Shown piece after piece: positions 1 through 12,771 of a stretch of 64,000 nucleotides of DNA; within the stretch, counting starts at the first letter, position 1; every line of letters begins with the position of its first letter. Below the pieces are notes generated by a model. It was not told the DNA's origin. It saw nothing but the letters and a program-made list of their open reading frames with translations, and made no database searches. The translations under genes were made by a program, and so were the position numbers. Origin of the DNA: Chrysomallon squamiferum (taxonomy: Eukaryota > Animalia > Mollusca); the NCBI GenBank assembly GCA_012295275.1, contig CM022673.1, positions 19,840,001 to 19,904,000 on the forward strand, given 5' to 3'.

Positions 1-363
1 AGCTCTAATACATCATGTTTTACATGTATTACATGTGAGTATTTTATGATATTTTGCTATTTTTGACAAATTCTAATATTTTATGTTTATTAGTAATCAT
101 GTTTTAGGTTAAAGAATGGTCTCATATTGATAAAATAAAGTGAAACTATAAAGGGATCTCCTGGATTTTTTATTTAATAACTTGTTTTGATTTAAGACAG
201 AATAGTTGATGGTGCCCTTATTAAAATAGTGAATGGGGTAAAAGACCCATAGCATTCCTTTTGCCATAGGCCTAGGATAAAAGGCCCTATTACAAGATAT
301 TATTCTTTAATAAACGTGATTTTTTAGTATATTGTTAAAATATCACAAATGCATAAATTATAT

Positions 364-585
364 TTATTGCTCCATCATAACTGTGTTCATATTCAGCTTT
401 CCTCGCCGTTCAACAGTCGAGAGCAGTTGACATGTACGTATTTTTACGCCTGGCAATTCATATTTTGCATTATATGACCAGTGCTTACCATAATCCACGA
501 TTGTTCTGTCCGACTGCGGTCCATGTTTTGGTAAATTATAATACAGGTTGGGATACTTGCGAATTTCGTTAATCAGATATTCGTC
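364..585 (-). pseudogene. MADF/Myb-SANT-like reading frame fragment (isolated exon or Harbinger-type Myb-protein remnant)
   Basis: Minus-strand frame DEYLINEIRKYPNLYYNLPKHGPQSDRTIVDYGKHW... is open from 585 to 364 with no ATG. It is preceded by TTTTCTTCAATATAG (acceptor-like, or an in-frame stop) and has a G|GTAAGC donor-like site at 488. LIxEIRKYPxLY resembles the MADF N-terminal motif. Confidence 0.35.
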
Positions 586-993
586 CTATATTGAAGAAAA
601 CACATCTGCATTTTCTTCTTTATTAAACATAATTATTAGTGTTGCATGCTATGTACATGAGCTGTATCTTTACCAACTCCTGTGTTCCTCCTTTCTCACT
701 CACTAAACTCCTTATACCCTGAACCCCTCTAATTCATTAATTGATCTCGGCCAGATGAGCAAACAGATCTATATTGTTTTTGGTCAATGTTTAGATCGGT
801 CATTTTCGAGTTCCATATAGTGGACATACACGCGTTACAAGAAGAAAACCTATCACAAAATCACCGATTCCGGAATCTAGTAGTATATTAGTAGTGTTAG
901 TGATGGTGGTGTAGTAGTAGTAGCAGCAGAAGTAATAAAGGTAACACTGATAGTATCGGAAGACGCAGTAAGTCTAATTATCAAATATATATA

Positions 994-1077
994 TAATGCT
1001 CGCTTTTAATTATCATAAATATTTTGGATGTATGTATGTATATAACGATACTAGTAGTAAAGTAGTAACTATGTTGA

Positions 1078-1108
<31 letters not shown>

Positions 1109-1295
1109 TATGGTAGTGTGTGTATATATATATATCACCATCACCACTACCATTACTATTTCCACTACTTCTGTACTACTACTAATACTACTATTAACAC
1201 TGCTACTACTATTATTAACACTAATACTTTACTATTAGTATCGTTATATTCAAACATCCATCCAAAATATTTATGATAATTAAACGCGAGTATTA
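994..1295. repeat. ~300-bp foldback (imperfect palindrome) with (GTA)n/(TAC)n inner arms
   Basis: TAATGCTCGCTTTTAATTATCATAAATATTTTGGATG...ATAACGATACTAGTAGTAAAG (from 994) is the reverse complement of ...CTTTACTATTAGTATCGTTATAT...CATCCAAAATATTTATGATAATTAAACGCGAGTATTA (to 1295). The centre is a (TG)(TA)n tract. Confidence 0.9.
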
Positions 1296-3699
1296 AGTGC
1301 GTGATGTGTAATTAATTACCCTGGCATGTTTTAAACAAGAACAACATAAGGATCTTTCATATCACATTAAATAAAACATTTAATTCTTCTTTCTTTATTT
1401 TAAATTTATTTATATATAATGTGATATTTAATCTGCTAGTGAAGGAATCGATGTATTCAGAGGTGTTTAAATCTGCACACGTGAAGATAACGGTAAAATC
1501 AATAAGATTTATACACAGAAAGTTATTGTACTAAATGCTTCTCAGCGAGTAAATATTTTCATTAATGCATTCGGTGGCTCAGGATGTAATTAAAGTAAAA
1601 TTATCCGTTAGAGAAACAGCAAATGCAAACACATTTCGTACTTTTTTCCATCCTCTAATTTACGTTTACACCTTTGTATAGCAGTGGCCACAGGGAACAG
1701 TCATAAATTAACTAAATTATTCTTTGAATAGGTTTAGAGGAAAATGTGATTAGTGAGTTCCTAAAACTGAAATAAAAGTTGAAATTCGCATATATTTGTA
1801 GCCAGCCCTTTATTTATTTATTTTATGAATTAGACAGATGTTAAACTGAAGTGCAGTCAGAAAATAGGTCAGGTCAGAAGAGGTGTTCTAATAATTGTCA
1901 TACAACTGAAAGAAAAATAAAAAGCTAAAAGTTTATAGAAAAGAAACAGTATACAGCCAGAATCGTGACCAGCGGATACAAAAACAGATGTGTATATTTC
2001 TAATTAAATATAGTGATGAAAGATACATAAAAATATGAAGTATGGTAAATAATATGAACTTTAGTGCAAGTCATCATGTATTGTGTGTCTGTCAGTGTAT
2101 GTGAATGCTTTTAACATCTGGCGTATTCCGTCCTCGTGGCTGCGGCTTGCTACGGAACAAATCGTTCAACAGATCCTCAGCTAAGATGGATCATCGACTG
2201 TATTTTAATGTCTCACTGTAATGATTATACTGCACACAAACAGGTAAGTTTTATATATTTTTTTTATTTTCACATTTGCCGCCCTTCTTTAATTAAAAGT
2301 CCGGAATACGTTTATGTAAGTGTCCCTGTATGAATATATCTATACCACTGAAAATGTTATGTATCTTTACGTTAGGCTACTTAAAATAGTATGCAACATA
2401 AAACAGGCAACGATGTTTTATCCTTCACAATTGTAATATATTTGAAGTAAGTTTCTGCATTCGCATAAATAGGAAATCGGTTAACAGAGACAAAACGAAA
2501 ATAATAATAATAATAATAATACGACAGAAATAATAATAAAAATAAATAAATACTCAATAATAATAAAATAAAATAAGTAAAGTGAAAAAAAAAACTTTAG
2601 GAGAAATTGATGTTTAAAAAAGTGAGATAATTGTTCTGTTTTGTTTCATGAGTTTTTACTGTTTACGTATTTCATTGTAACTTAAATCAGTATTAATCCA
2701 ATAAATCAACACTTCCGGTAACTCGTAAAGAGAAATTTATGTTTAAAGGTTGTTCTGCTATTTCCATCCAATACCTATTTACAATCCTGAAATGAAAAAT
2801 GACGTTTCTAAATGCTGTTTTTATCTTGTTTATATAAATAATACTAATTTCATTTCAGTCACTAATTTTCCGCTTAATAGTTAATTCTTTTTTATAAAAT
2901 AGATTAGAAAATTACTTTTAAAAATAAAATCCTTGTTTTTTCATATTGATTAAAAGAGAAAAAGCAAATATCATTACTTCATATTTTTTATATTTAAATC
3001 TGTCTTTTAACACAACCAGCCTATATTATTTATTTATTTATTTAGTTCCAGCAACTGAACCAGCAAAAGTTAACAGTGGTTTAAAATTGTATTTAGTTTG
3101 TTGAAATAAGTTTCCAGGATTATCCCATGTTCCATAAATCGTTGAATGAAATATGATTATTAAAGCAGCCATAGCATGTACAACATGATTAGACCTATAT
3201 TCAGAAACGGATTTAATTCACCTTCAATAAATATATTTTCTTTTCCAGAGTTTCAAACAGATATTATGGTGTCCTTATTTTAAACATTCTCCATTTTGAT
3301 GATATAATTATTTTATTAGCTTTTCAGTTGATTAATGTAAACAATTCGATTTTTCATTGGCGTTATTTTATTATTTTTATTATTTTTTAAATGAAATACA
3401 CCTTGAAAACCTTATTACAGATTTAAAAGGAACTTTTCTGCCTTAAAATATGCTACGAAATTACTTCTTAACAATCTATATCAACACAGAAACACAGAAA
3501 TAATCGTTTTTAGAGACCGATGCTTTGTTCTTATTTCCTTTGTCCCAAGTGTTCGTATTTGTTTGAGAGGAAAATTAAATGTAACCTATGGCAGTTTGAC
3601 TTTAATTGCAGCTACCGATTTAATCAAACGTCTCATCGTTTTCTTTCTCAGAAGTCCATTTTGCTACTGCCGTTTATAAAACAGTTCATATCTAGATCT

Positions 3700-3860
3700 G
3701 AATTTAATGGTGAAACGAAATGGCTAATAAATACGTCTTTGTCGCACGCCACATCGCGTGCCAGGCGCGAGACATGAGCGTTCAGCTGGTCGTAAATTGG
3801 TGACATGCGCTTACATTTCTACCGATGTTAAGTGGTTTGATCCGAACGCGGAATTGCCCG
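3700..3860. promoter_or_regulatory. CpG/GC-rich candidate enhancer upstream of the bHLH gene
   Basis: Local GC/CpG peak in AT-rich DNA. Contains CAGCTG (3783), TCGTAAA and TGACA motifs, with CACCTG nearby at 3896. Function is inferred only. Confidence 0.3.
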
Positions 3861-5879
3861 AACCATATTAAAGAAAATACATTTAAATATTAATCCACCT
3901 GCATTTGAATATGCTTTCTATAAAGACTAGTAAGTTTGCATATGCCTTGAGACTACCAAAAAACCCTGTTAGTAAATACATTACATGAAATATGAGACGG
4001 TGGTTCGGGCGGAAGGACTGGTAGAATTAAAGTCTGCATATGTTAAAATGTTTATAACTGATTTATTACTTATGATAATTTATTCATGTCGCGACGAAAC
4101 GCTTCTGAAACGAAACAAAAAGACAGTTAAAAAATAAGAATAATAATAATAATAAAATAAAAAAATATTATTTCATTTCTCCAGTCAATGTTCATTCATG
4201 TTTCTTTCTTTAGTGCAGTATTATTGTTTAACTTTATTTTTACACTACTACTACTACTACTTACAATCCTAGCTATTACTACTTAGAAAATTCAGGCAAT
4301 GAAATTAATATAGAACGAAAAAACGAACAATAACGATTAAGTTTATTATCGGTTTTAAATTTGAATATCAGTCATGAATTAACTAACACCCTCCTTTCAT
4401 TCTGTTACATTTTTCTTTCTTTATTATACAGGCTAGAAATATTTAATAAACGTAATCTGTTAAAATTAATTATACGTTTGTATGTGAGTTTAAGTTTTAG
4501 ATATTTTAAGAAGCCTTGATATAAAAAAATCAAAGATATCCCTTGACATATACTAAATAGAGTTAATTGTAGAGACTGGAATACAAAAGAAATGAGCGTA
4601 TCGTCAGTAAAACAGATTTTTATTTGCAGATTTGGTTAAGATCTTGTCAAATTTCGCGGACAACCCGTTTAATGAAAAGATTATCGCCATTCATCAGAAA
4701 CGATGACTTCAAGAATGATTCGCACCTGTGAGTTCTGCTGTAACAATGTGACGACACAAAACTGTAGTCATTAAACAATGAAAGGTTTGATGCCTCGAGG
4801 AATTACTTCATCTGAACTATCGCCATAATATTATAAAGAAAATTTTAAATCTGGAATGACAAAGAGACTGCAAATTGTCGCGAATTAACTATGGTAGCCA
4901 CAATTTTTTTTTTTTTTTTATGCCAACAAATTCTTAATCCATAAACCCTTGGTAAATTACGTACTGGAAAAAACCGAAAAGGAAATACTTAGCGTTTAGC
5001 ATTTATGTGTTCATTAGGATATCTTTTGTAGTATTTGTACAATTATCACTTTTCTGTATTGCTTCTCTATTCATTTCATAGAAATTTCTTTGATATATAT
5101 AATATAAGCTACTGGTAACAGTAGTTCTAACAGTTACTGTTGATTTAAATAAATAAATCACATGATCTTTAATAGAAAATAAAGGTGATTGATTTTAACT
5201 GTTTATATCGTCTTTCTTCAAACTTGTAATTAATTAACCGAGACCTTTTGTGTTACGTGTGAAGGTACACGTTAATGATAAAAACCGTCAGTGTCGGTAA
5301 TAAACAGGTGATCAGAGTTGTCAAATTACCGAATGTTTTGTTTCTTCCCGGGATTTCCACTTAGAAACTCATTTAATTATTTTATCAGTATCAGTCCAGA
5401 TTTACATTTAGACATTGTTAACTGATACTATTACTATTTAAGTGTTAGATAACAGTAATGTTTATGAACCTGATGGCCAGACAATAGGGAAGAATCTATT
5501 TTCTAATTATTCAGTAATTATAACGGAGCGATGCTATGATTATTTGGCATAATATTGATAACATGTTAACTTATTAACCTGTGACATTTGTAATAATAAG
5601 TTCCTTTTATTTTGTCTGGATATATATTTCTGAAATGATCAGTTTTATTTCAGAACTAAGCAGTGAACCCTTTGGAATGAATTGAATTAAATATGCTTTA
5701 ATGGCCACCTAACAAGGAATATAAACTCCAAATTGACAGCAATCTATATAAATCAAAAAGTCTATCCACCAGAGAAATAAACACAACACCAGTTAAGGTT
5801 CACGTTAATTATTTAATTATGATATACTGGTAACTTGATAATAATACATTATACAATCATAAAACATACGTTTAAGTAA

Positions 5880-5970
5880 TTTTGCTCATTGTTTTGTGTG
5901 ATGTTAGAGAGCAAAGTGTATTTACAAATATATAATTCTAAATGAAGCTAAACTGTTGTTTTAACATATG
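5880..5970 (+). repeat. ~91-bp direct repeat, copy 1 (copy 2 at 8086-8176)
   Basis: TTTTGCTCATTGTTTTGTGTGATGTTAGAGAGCAAAGTGTATTTACAAATATAT...TTTTAACATATG occurs twice with about 3 mismatches. Confidence 0.9.
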
Positions 5971-6370
5971 ATACGAGAAAGGTCATACAAGTATTAAGTA
6001 AGGTCATACGGGGAACCAAGCCAAATAGAATCTGTACGGAGGACAGATTAAAACCTCAAAATTTTAGGTATAATAAATGTTATTGCAACAGGTTAATTGC
6101 ATAAGATATCCTATCAAAATAAGAATAGAAAACTGCTTACCATACTCATCCGTAAAAACAATGTCATTCAAAAACATTGCTTTCCGCGCCTGACTGAACT
6201 CTCGTCTTGACCGTTTCTTTCGCTATCGCTTTCTTCGCTTACTTCGCTCTGCTCTTTTCTGTCCTTTTTAATTATCTTGAAAAAAAAAAAAAATTAACAT
6301 TCTAATCAGAGCAAGCTGTTGTGCTAGCCTTTTTATAACAAAGCCATGGATTGAAAAATTAGCGGAAACA

Positions 6371-6491
6371 ATAAAAAGAGCGGATGTGATTGTAGTAATA
6401 ATTAAAGTTACGCAATTTGACTTCATCGCTTAAACATAAAAGGAGCGGATCTCTGATTGAAGTAACAAATTTGGTTACGCAATCTGAATTC
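6371..6491 (+). repeat. Two ~55-bp degenerate tandem units, each carrying GTTACGCAAT
   Basis: ATAAAA(A/G)GAGCGGAT..TGATTG(T/A)AGTAA..GTTACGCAAT.TGA.TTC at 6371-6424 and 6436-6491. Confidence 0.75.
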
Positions 6492-6498
6492 CGTGACA

Positions 6499-6543
<45 letters not shown>

Positions 6544-6856
6544 TGTCTCCGCTAAGACGCGGTTTTTCTGAATAATATATGTCGTTGTCTTTGCAGAAAA
6601 GTGCGCCTGAGCTATAAACACAAACATACTGCTTAAATAAAGCTTTAAGTTTCTTTTCGTTTCTTTCTTTTTTCTTTCTTTTTCTTTTTTTCATTAATTT
6701 TATTTTTGTTTTCTTGTGACTTATTATTATTATTTTTATTATTATCATTATTTTATTTTATTATTATTATTATTATTTTTTTAAGTGCATGATAAATATA
6801 TCTTGTGAGATTGTGAATCAAAGAGGACAAAGATACATCCGATACTTGGTATGGTA

Positions 6857-6929
<73 letters not shown>

Positions 6930-6943
6930 ATATATATATATAT

Positions 6944-6990
<47 letters not shown>
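6499..6990. repeat. Compound microsatellite cluster: (TTA)n, (TC)n, (TA)n, (TG)n
   Basis: (TTA)n ~6499-6543 and ~6721-6777; (TC)n ~6858-6925; (TA)n and (TG)n to ~6990. Explains spurious ORFs 6781-7035 and 6789-7004. Confidence 0.95.
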
Positions 6991-6992
<2 letters not shown>

Positions 6993-7639
6993 CGTAAGTA
7001 TTAGTGTGCGTAAGTATCAGTTGAAATGTATTCACAATTAAATTTTGTTATTTTGATTCTAGTGGATATTTATCAGTTCTTTCCTCTGCAGAATGTTTGA
7101 TCTGCTTACACAGTACAAAATTAAACACATTTTATATTCTCTTTAGCAAATATCAAAATTTGATACCCTTCAAATACAACGTTTTAACGTCTAATTTATT
7201 AAAACGCTATATTATATATATGAATATATAGTATTACTGACCTGTGACAATCACTAAAACACTTCGTTTGTTTGTGTCAGTTATTATTTTATTACACGAA
7301 GAACTATAACATTGACTTAAGTACTTGTGTCTGTGTGTATGTGTGTAAATACATACTGATTAAGACTTTTTGTTTGGTTTAGGCTTTTTTTCAAATTTCA
7401 TTTTCAATTATACTTGCATGTAAACATCAACGTCTGAATCTGTCCTTCTCCGTCGATTATAATTAATTGAGGTCTATATAGGCAAAATTCATCAGTACAA
7501 TGCAGAATATTTCCATTTGTAACAAAAATATTATTTTTCGCTTATCAGATTAATTTTTCAGTAATACGAGATATACGGGGATGGTGAAGGTACAGTAATC
7601 ATGCTGAGATAACCATCCCTAAAATACAATAAATACCGA

Positions 7640-7760
7640 ACACCTGCATAAGGGAAAAAAAAAAAAAAGTAGAAAAAAGACCATCAGCTATTGTGCAGGT
7701 GAACCGAGAACGCGTTGGCACACGCGCGGATCTACCAATCAGAAGGAGCAATAAAGAACG
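7640..7760 (+). promoter_or_regulatory. Candidate proximal promoter of the bHLH gene (E-boxes, CCAAT, CpG-rich)
   Basis: CACCTG at 7641, CAGGTG at 7696, CGCG-rich patch ~7710-7730, CCAAT at 7735; about 550 bp upstream of the ATG. Confidence 0.4.
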
Positions 7761-8085
7761 CAGAAGGATTTTAATTATTGTAGTTTACAATATCTATGCC
7801 ATTAGTTGACAGTTCTGATATTATCTGCTGGGTTATTGAAAAATACCTAAATGAATGTTGTCATTTCCACAGAAACAAATCTGGTGTTAGTCGATCAGAC
7901 GGCATTATAGAAAAATGGAGCAAACCATAAAGTGAAGATACCTCGCAAAGACAAGTGTTATTCAGTTACAGAATACTTATAACTAAGAATCATAATTGTG
8001 TAAACACTGAGCTGAACCGAATATAAATGAGCAGCCTATGGCGATAGATACAACTGGAAATAATATCTTCAGTCTGTAGAATTTG

Positions 8086-8176
8086 TTTTGCTCATTGTTT
8101 TGTGTGATGTTAGAGAGCAAAGTGTATTTACAAATATATCATTCTAAATGGAGCTAAATTGTTGTTTTAACATATG
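8086..8176 (+). repeat. ~91-bp direct repeat, copy 2
   Basis: Near-identical to 5880-5970. Confidence 0.9.
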
Positions 8177-8294
8177 TTAGATTTATTAATTACAGAAGCA
8201 TTTCCATCATACTTGCCTACAAGAACAAATTCATTAACTAATAATAACTTGTTTCAAAATCACCAGCAGCACCGACTAGACCGTCGACAACACC

Positions 8295-8717
8295 ATGATT
8301 ACTAAAGATGAAAAACAATATTCTAAATGTGAATGTATAATGCCGCAAGGCTGTTCTAATGATGCAGATAGTGATGGGGTCTGTGAAACGTTATCTCAGA
8401 TGAGTGCTATCAGTGAAGATGCCTTTTCATGTAGTGAAGATACCGTCGATTCGGGTTTCTCCTTGAACGGACCACTGAGGAAAAAACGTCGCCGACGTCA
8501 GACTGCCAGTCAGCGTAAAGCGGCGAATTTGAGAGAACGACGTCGCATGTGTCTGCTGAATAAGGCATTTGATACACTAAAGCGCCATCTACCGAACATC
8601 ACGAAAGATAACCGTCTATCGAGAATGCAGACTCTGAAAGCGGCTGTAGTGTACATTGAATATTTATCTAGTCTTACCCAATGTAATATCTGTTTAAATA
8701 ACAAAGATACAGAATAA
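8295..8717 (+). CDS. Class A bHLH transcription factor, Fer3/FERD3L (PTFb)/PTF1-like, 140 aa, single coding exon
   Basis: CACCATG start context. RRRRQTASQRKAANLRERRRMCLLNKAFDTLKRHLP...RLSRMQTLKAAVVYIEYL matches the basic-HLH pattern of Fer3 (QRxAANxRERRRMxxLNxAFD.L...RLSRIETL). Acidic Ser-rich N-terminus. AATAAA at 8978. Confidence 0.9.
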   Translation: MITKDEKQYSKCECIMPQGCSNDADSDGVCETLSQMSAISEDAFSCSEDTVDSGFSLNGPLRKKRRRRQTASQRKAANLRERRRMCLLNKAFDTLKRHLPNITKDNRLSRMQTLKAAVVYIEYLSSLTQCNICLNNKDTE

Positions 8718-8768
8718 TTAATTTACTGTGAAATAGTCACAAAAACAAGAGAAAGAAATGGACAGCAT

Positions 8769-8893
<125 letters not shown>

Positions 8894-11800
8894 GTATGTT
8901 CTAGGTTTTTTTTAACAGGAGTCTGTGCTGTTTTAGGTTAGATAAAATTAAGTGTGTTTAAAAATACAGTTAGTTTCAATAAACTTTTTCTGAACACATT
9001 CATTCTATCAATTTTTCCAGTTATTTTTGACTAGTATCAGAATTAGATTTATTTTTTTAACTTTTTGTATTCATTCTGTGAAACATAACGTACTCCCAAT
9101 CTTCGCAATCATAGAGAAATTCATAAAATGCTGATAAAAATGATGTAAATAATTTATTATCTAAACGACCTTTCATCGGAATATGTTCCTTTGAAAGACT
9201 TAGCTAACAGGAATTTTTAAATAACCTAATATCTTTAATCAAAATATAAATATAAATAATAACCTTATTTTGACTAAGTCAGTTTTATAGACTAATTAAA
9301 TGTAATAATTTCCCGCTTAATAGTTTCACAGATAACTAAGAGTTAGCAATTACCCAGGTTTTAACAATCCAGCCTTGGTTTCTAATAAATTAGTTTACTT
9401 TGTACTTATTAAAACAAACTTAAGTGAACATTATTAGGTATTGCTATATCTCAAATAGTTTCTCAACCCTCAGTTAGTTGAAAAATGTACATAAATTTTC
9501 AAATAGTTCGGCACTATCTGAGGTTGAACAGTTTGAGGCAAAGATTCAACCATAACAGCATATTCACGCACACAATGCTTTTCCTCTTTAGTTTCCTCAT
9601 TAAAATGTGTTAGTTTCGGTCACTAGTCACAACAGAGGTATTTAACAGATACAAAATAATAGACATCTAAAGAAGGGTATATTAATCTTCATCAGTTCAC
9701 TTGAAAATCTAAAAAAAACACACACCTGGAAGCCTGAAAAATGGTTCGGTACTTTATTATTATTATTATTATTTTTTTTTTCAGTCCACATCAGTTAGAA
9801 TAGGAATTTTGTTAGGGTATCTGGTTTTAAGTAGCATAATATTCTAAATCTCAGCATTAGTTATGCTCTTGAATGCAATTTTCTGTCTAATGGCCTCAAA
9901 CCAAATTCATCCGAAAATGTTTAGATTTCCGATATTATCCTATATTTAGTATATAGTACAAACATACAAATTATGGATATACATGCATATACATACAAAC
10001 TAGATTATATATCTAAAAATAGTGCATTTATAATTATGTCCAGAATAGAAATTTGAGATATTAGTTTCACTCATATATTGAAATTAAGTAACTCAGAAGA
10101 CCCGACAAAAGTGCAATTGTTGTTGTTTGTTTGGCACAGATGAACTCAGATTATCGTAATAAAACTGACAGCGTTTCAGGTTATTTTGATTTATATTCAT
10201 ATATATTTATATTTATATGTATTATCATTTTGTGACAATCTATTTTATTGATTTAGGTTTTTAATCCGGGAAGTGATTTTTCAAAAGAGTTTTCGTAGCA
10301 CCTCGAGTATTCAGCATAATCTTAGGAATGTTTTAATACCACTATTATTCCGAAATTACGATATCACTAATTCACTATTGGAGAAAGGGAGAGCTTTGCA
10401 AAAATCTATATTCTATCATTTCCACCTAGATGTTAGTAATCCACGGATCCCTGCATTATGAACATCAGATTCATTCATGAGTTATATCAGTATAATCAAA
10501 CCTCTCCCAGAAATGATGTTTCTAGCAATTTTTAACTATTGTCACAAGATCCCCAGTATTTACAAGATATAAAAAGGTTAAAAAAAAGAAGAGAATAATA
10601 AATATAATATTAAAAAAAGAAGAAAAAAAAAAAGAAAGAATAATAATAATAAAAATAATACCAAAAAAAACCTCAAGAAAAAAAAAATCATATATCTATA
10701 TATTTATACATGTGTATATGCATGTATTTGTATGTAGATGTGCGTATGTGTATACGTACGAATGTATATTTTCTGTTCAAGCCAGAGTACTAACATTCAT
10801 GGATAATGGACAAAAAAAGATTACTGTTATTAATATATAAGAATAACAAATAAGTAATCTTCGATATATTTATTATTCACACTAACTCTTAGTTAAGAAT
10901 AGAGGAAAATAATAAGTTTAATTTGTATTTTCAAGTTTTTGTTTTCCTATCTGGCGTCTTTTCATTCTGTAATTTTCGACTTTTGGAATATAAAACATGA
11001 TTTATTTCCAGGGAACTGTTCACCAAGCAAATATTTCATTTAATATTAAGATCCACTGATATCATTAATCCTGAATAAGGAAACACAATCCTTTGTAAGT
11101 CATCATAAATGAACTTCTCATTTTTTTAATAAAACAAATAATCAAATATGTACGTTACTATCATTTGTTTAAAATAAGTATTATTTGTATTGTTATTGCC
11201 TGTTATCAGTAAGATTGTTTGTTGAATAGTTTTGTGAAAAACTGATTGCAAAAAAAGAGTGATGGTAATGACACCTTAATTGTTTTTTTATGAAACAGAA
11301 AAAACACAAATGTCACTACTGTTTGTCGAATGCTTTAATTATATACATGTTTAGTTTAGCAAAATCTGTTGATAATATGACAAATGGAAGTTATTCAGTT
11401 TTTTTACTGTAATTTTCAAGCTTTCTGGAAAATGACTCGGAAGCAGCTGAAATAAAGAAGTAAGTTGGGTTCTGTTTTTTTATTATTAAAACTGATAATT
11501 TCTTTATAAATTCATAGCTGTTATTGATACTAATATATAATGGCATAAAACTATATTAAAATAATACTGGTGTCATTAAATATTGAAAACAAGTTTATTT
11601 GTAAACTACATACTGTTGGAGATATTGTACTAATATCCATAGCTGTCATTAATTATTTAGTGACCATGACTGCTGTGAATTTATGAATGAATTAATGGTT
11701 ACTGATACTATGTCAAAAAGTACACCAGATACTAGGTCAAAGTACCTGTGAAAATCAAATGAAATACTATTTAACTAGTAATAAAAGTATGTGTAAAACA

Positions 11801-12771
11801 CATTACGTCTCAGTTTTTTATGTGCAATTTAAACCTTACCTCATTGATTTTCTAATCTGATTTTTGACCAGTGTGTTGTAGAAATAATTTCACTTATGCT
11901 GATTTTGAGCTTGTACTGTTATAACATTTTAACAATTTTCATCAAGCGTCTGATTCTCAACATAATCTAAAACATGTCAAACAAATTTCTACACTGTTTC
12001 CTCAGTTTTAAAATACTTTTGAAGTCATTCATTCATTCTCTTGCAGGCACATTTCTCAGTCATAAAATGCTAAAATTTATGGATATTTCATTTATTATTT
12101 ATTTCTGAGAGTTGAGACCATTACAGTTGGATTTAATATTTATTTTTAATGATCATTCATCATTATATTTTCTCCAGAATTCAAGAATCCTTTACTGAAA
12201 CTAATCTAAATCAACTAGGCAAACTAAAAACTGTCAGGCTTTTTTCTTTTATACATGAATAAAAACAAATTAATACACACCATTATATTAATAAATGAAT
12301 TGTTTTCATTGTTTTCATTGGATAAAACTAATTATTCTAAGGCAGCACGTCATGTAACAATTCTAAAATATTTGTATTTTCATTTAAAAAGATTTACTGA
12401 GCACTTTAATAATTAAATAAGAGTCATTTTAAAACTGAACTACTGCTAATTAACATTGTGGTATATGTCGTCATAAATATTCACGTTTTGTAGGTAAGCA
12501 GGGTTTAACTTAAATAATATAACAGCACTGAAACTTTTGCATTAAGAGCTAAAGGTACAACATCTACAAAGTCTGCAAAATCCACAATAACAAGATTATC
12601 AATGGAACATGCATGCAATCGATTTCTCTCTTTTGAATTACCAAACTGAACTCGTTTGACATCAGGTAATTTTTATTCGTGCATGCATTCCACATGCATT
12701 TCAAATCGAGTTTCCATATAAATGGACCTAGTATGAATCAACGGTACAGCATTCCAAATTCGTTAACTGTG

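Noticed and set aside
996-1238. 80-aa hydrophobic ORF
   Set aside because: Translation of (GTA)n/(TAC)n microsatellites in the foldback.
6539-7035. ORFs with poly-ER/SL/TH/VC runs
   Set aside because: Dinucleotide microsatellite and low-complexity translations.
8510-8704. Antisense ORF over the bHLH
   Set aside because: Shadow frame with no independent support.
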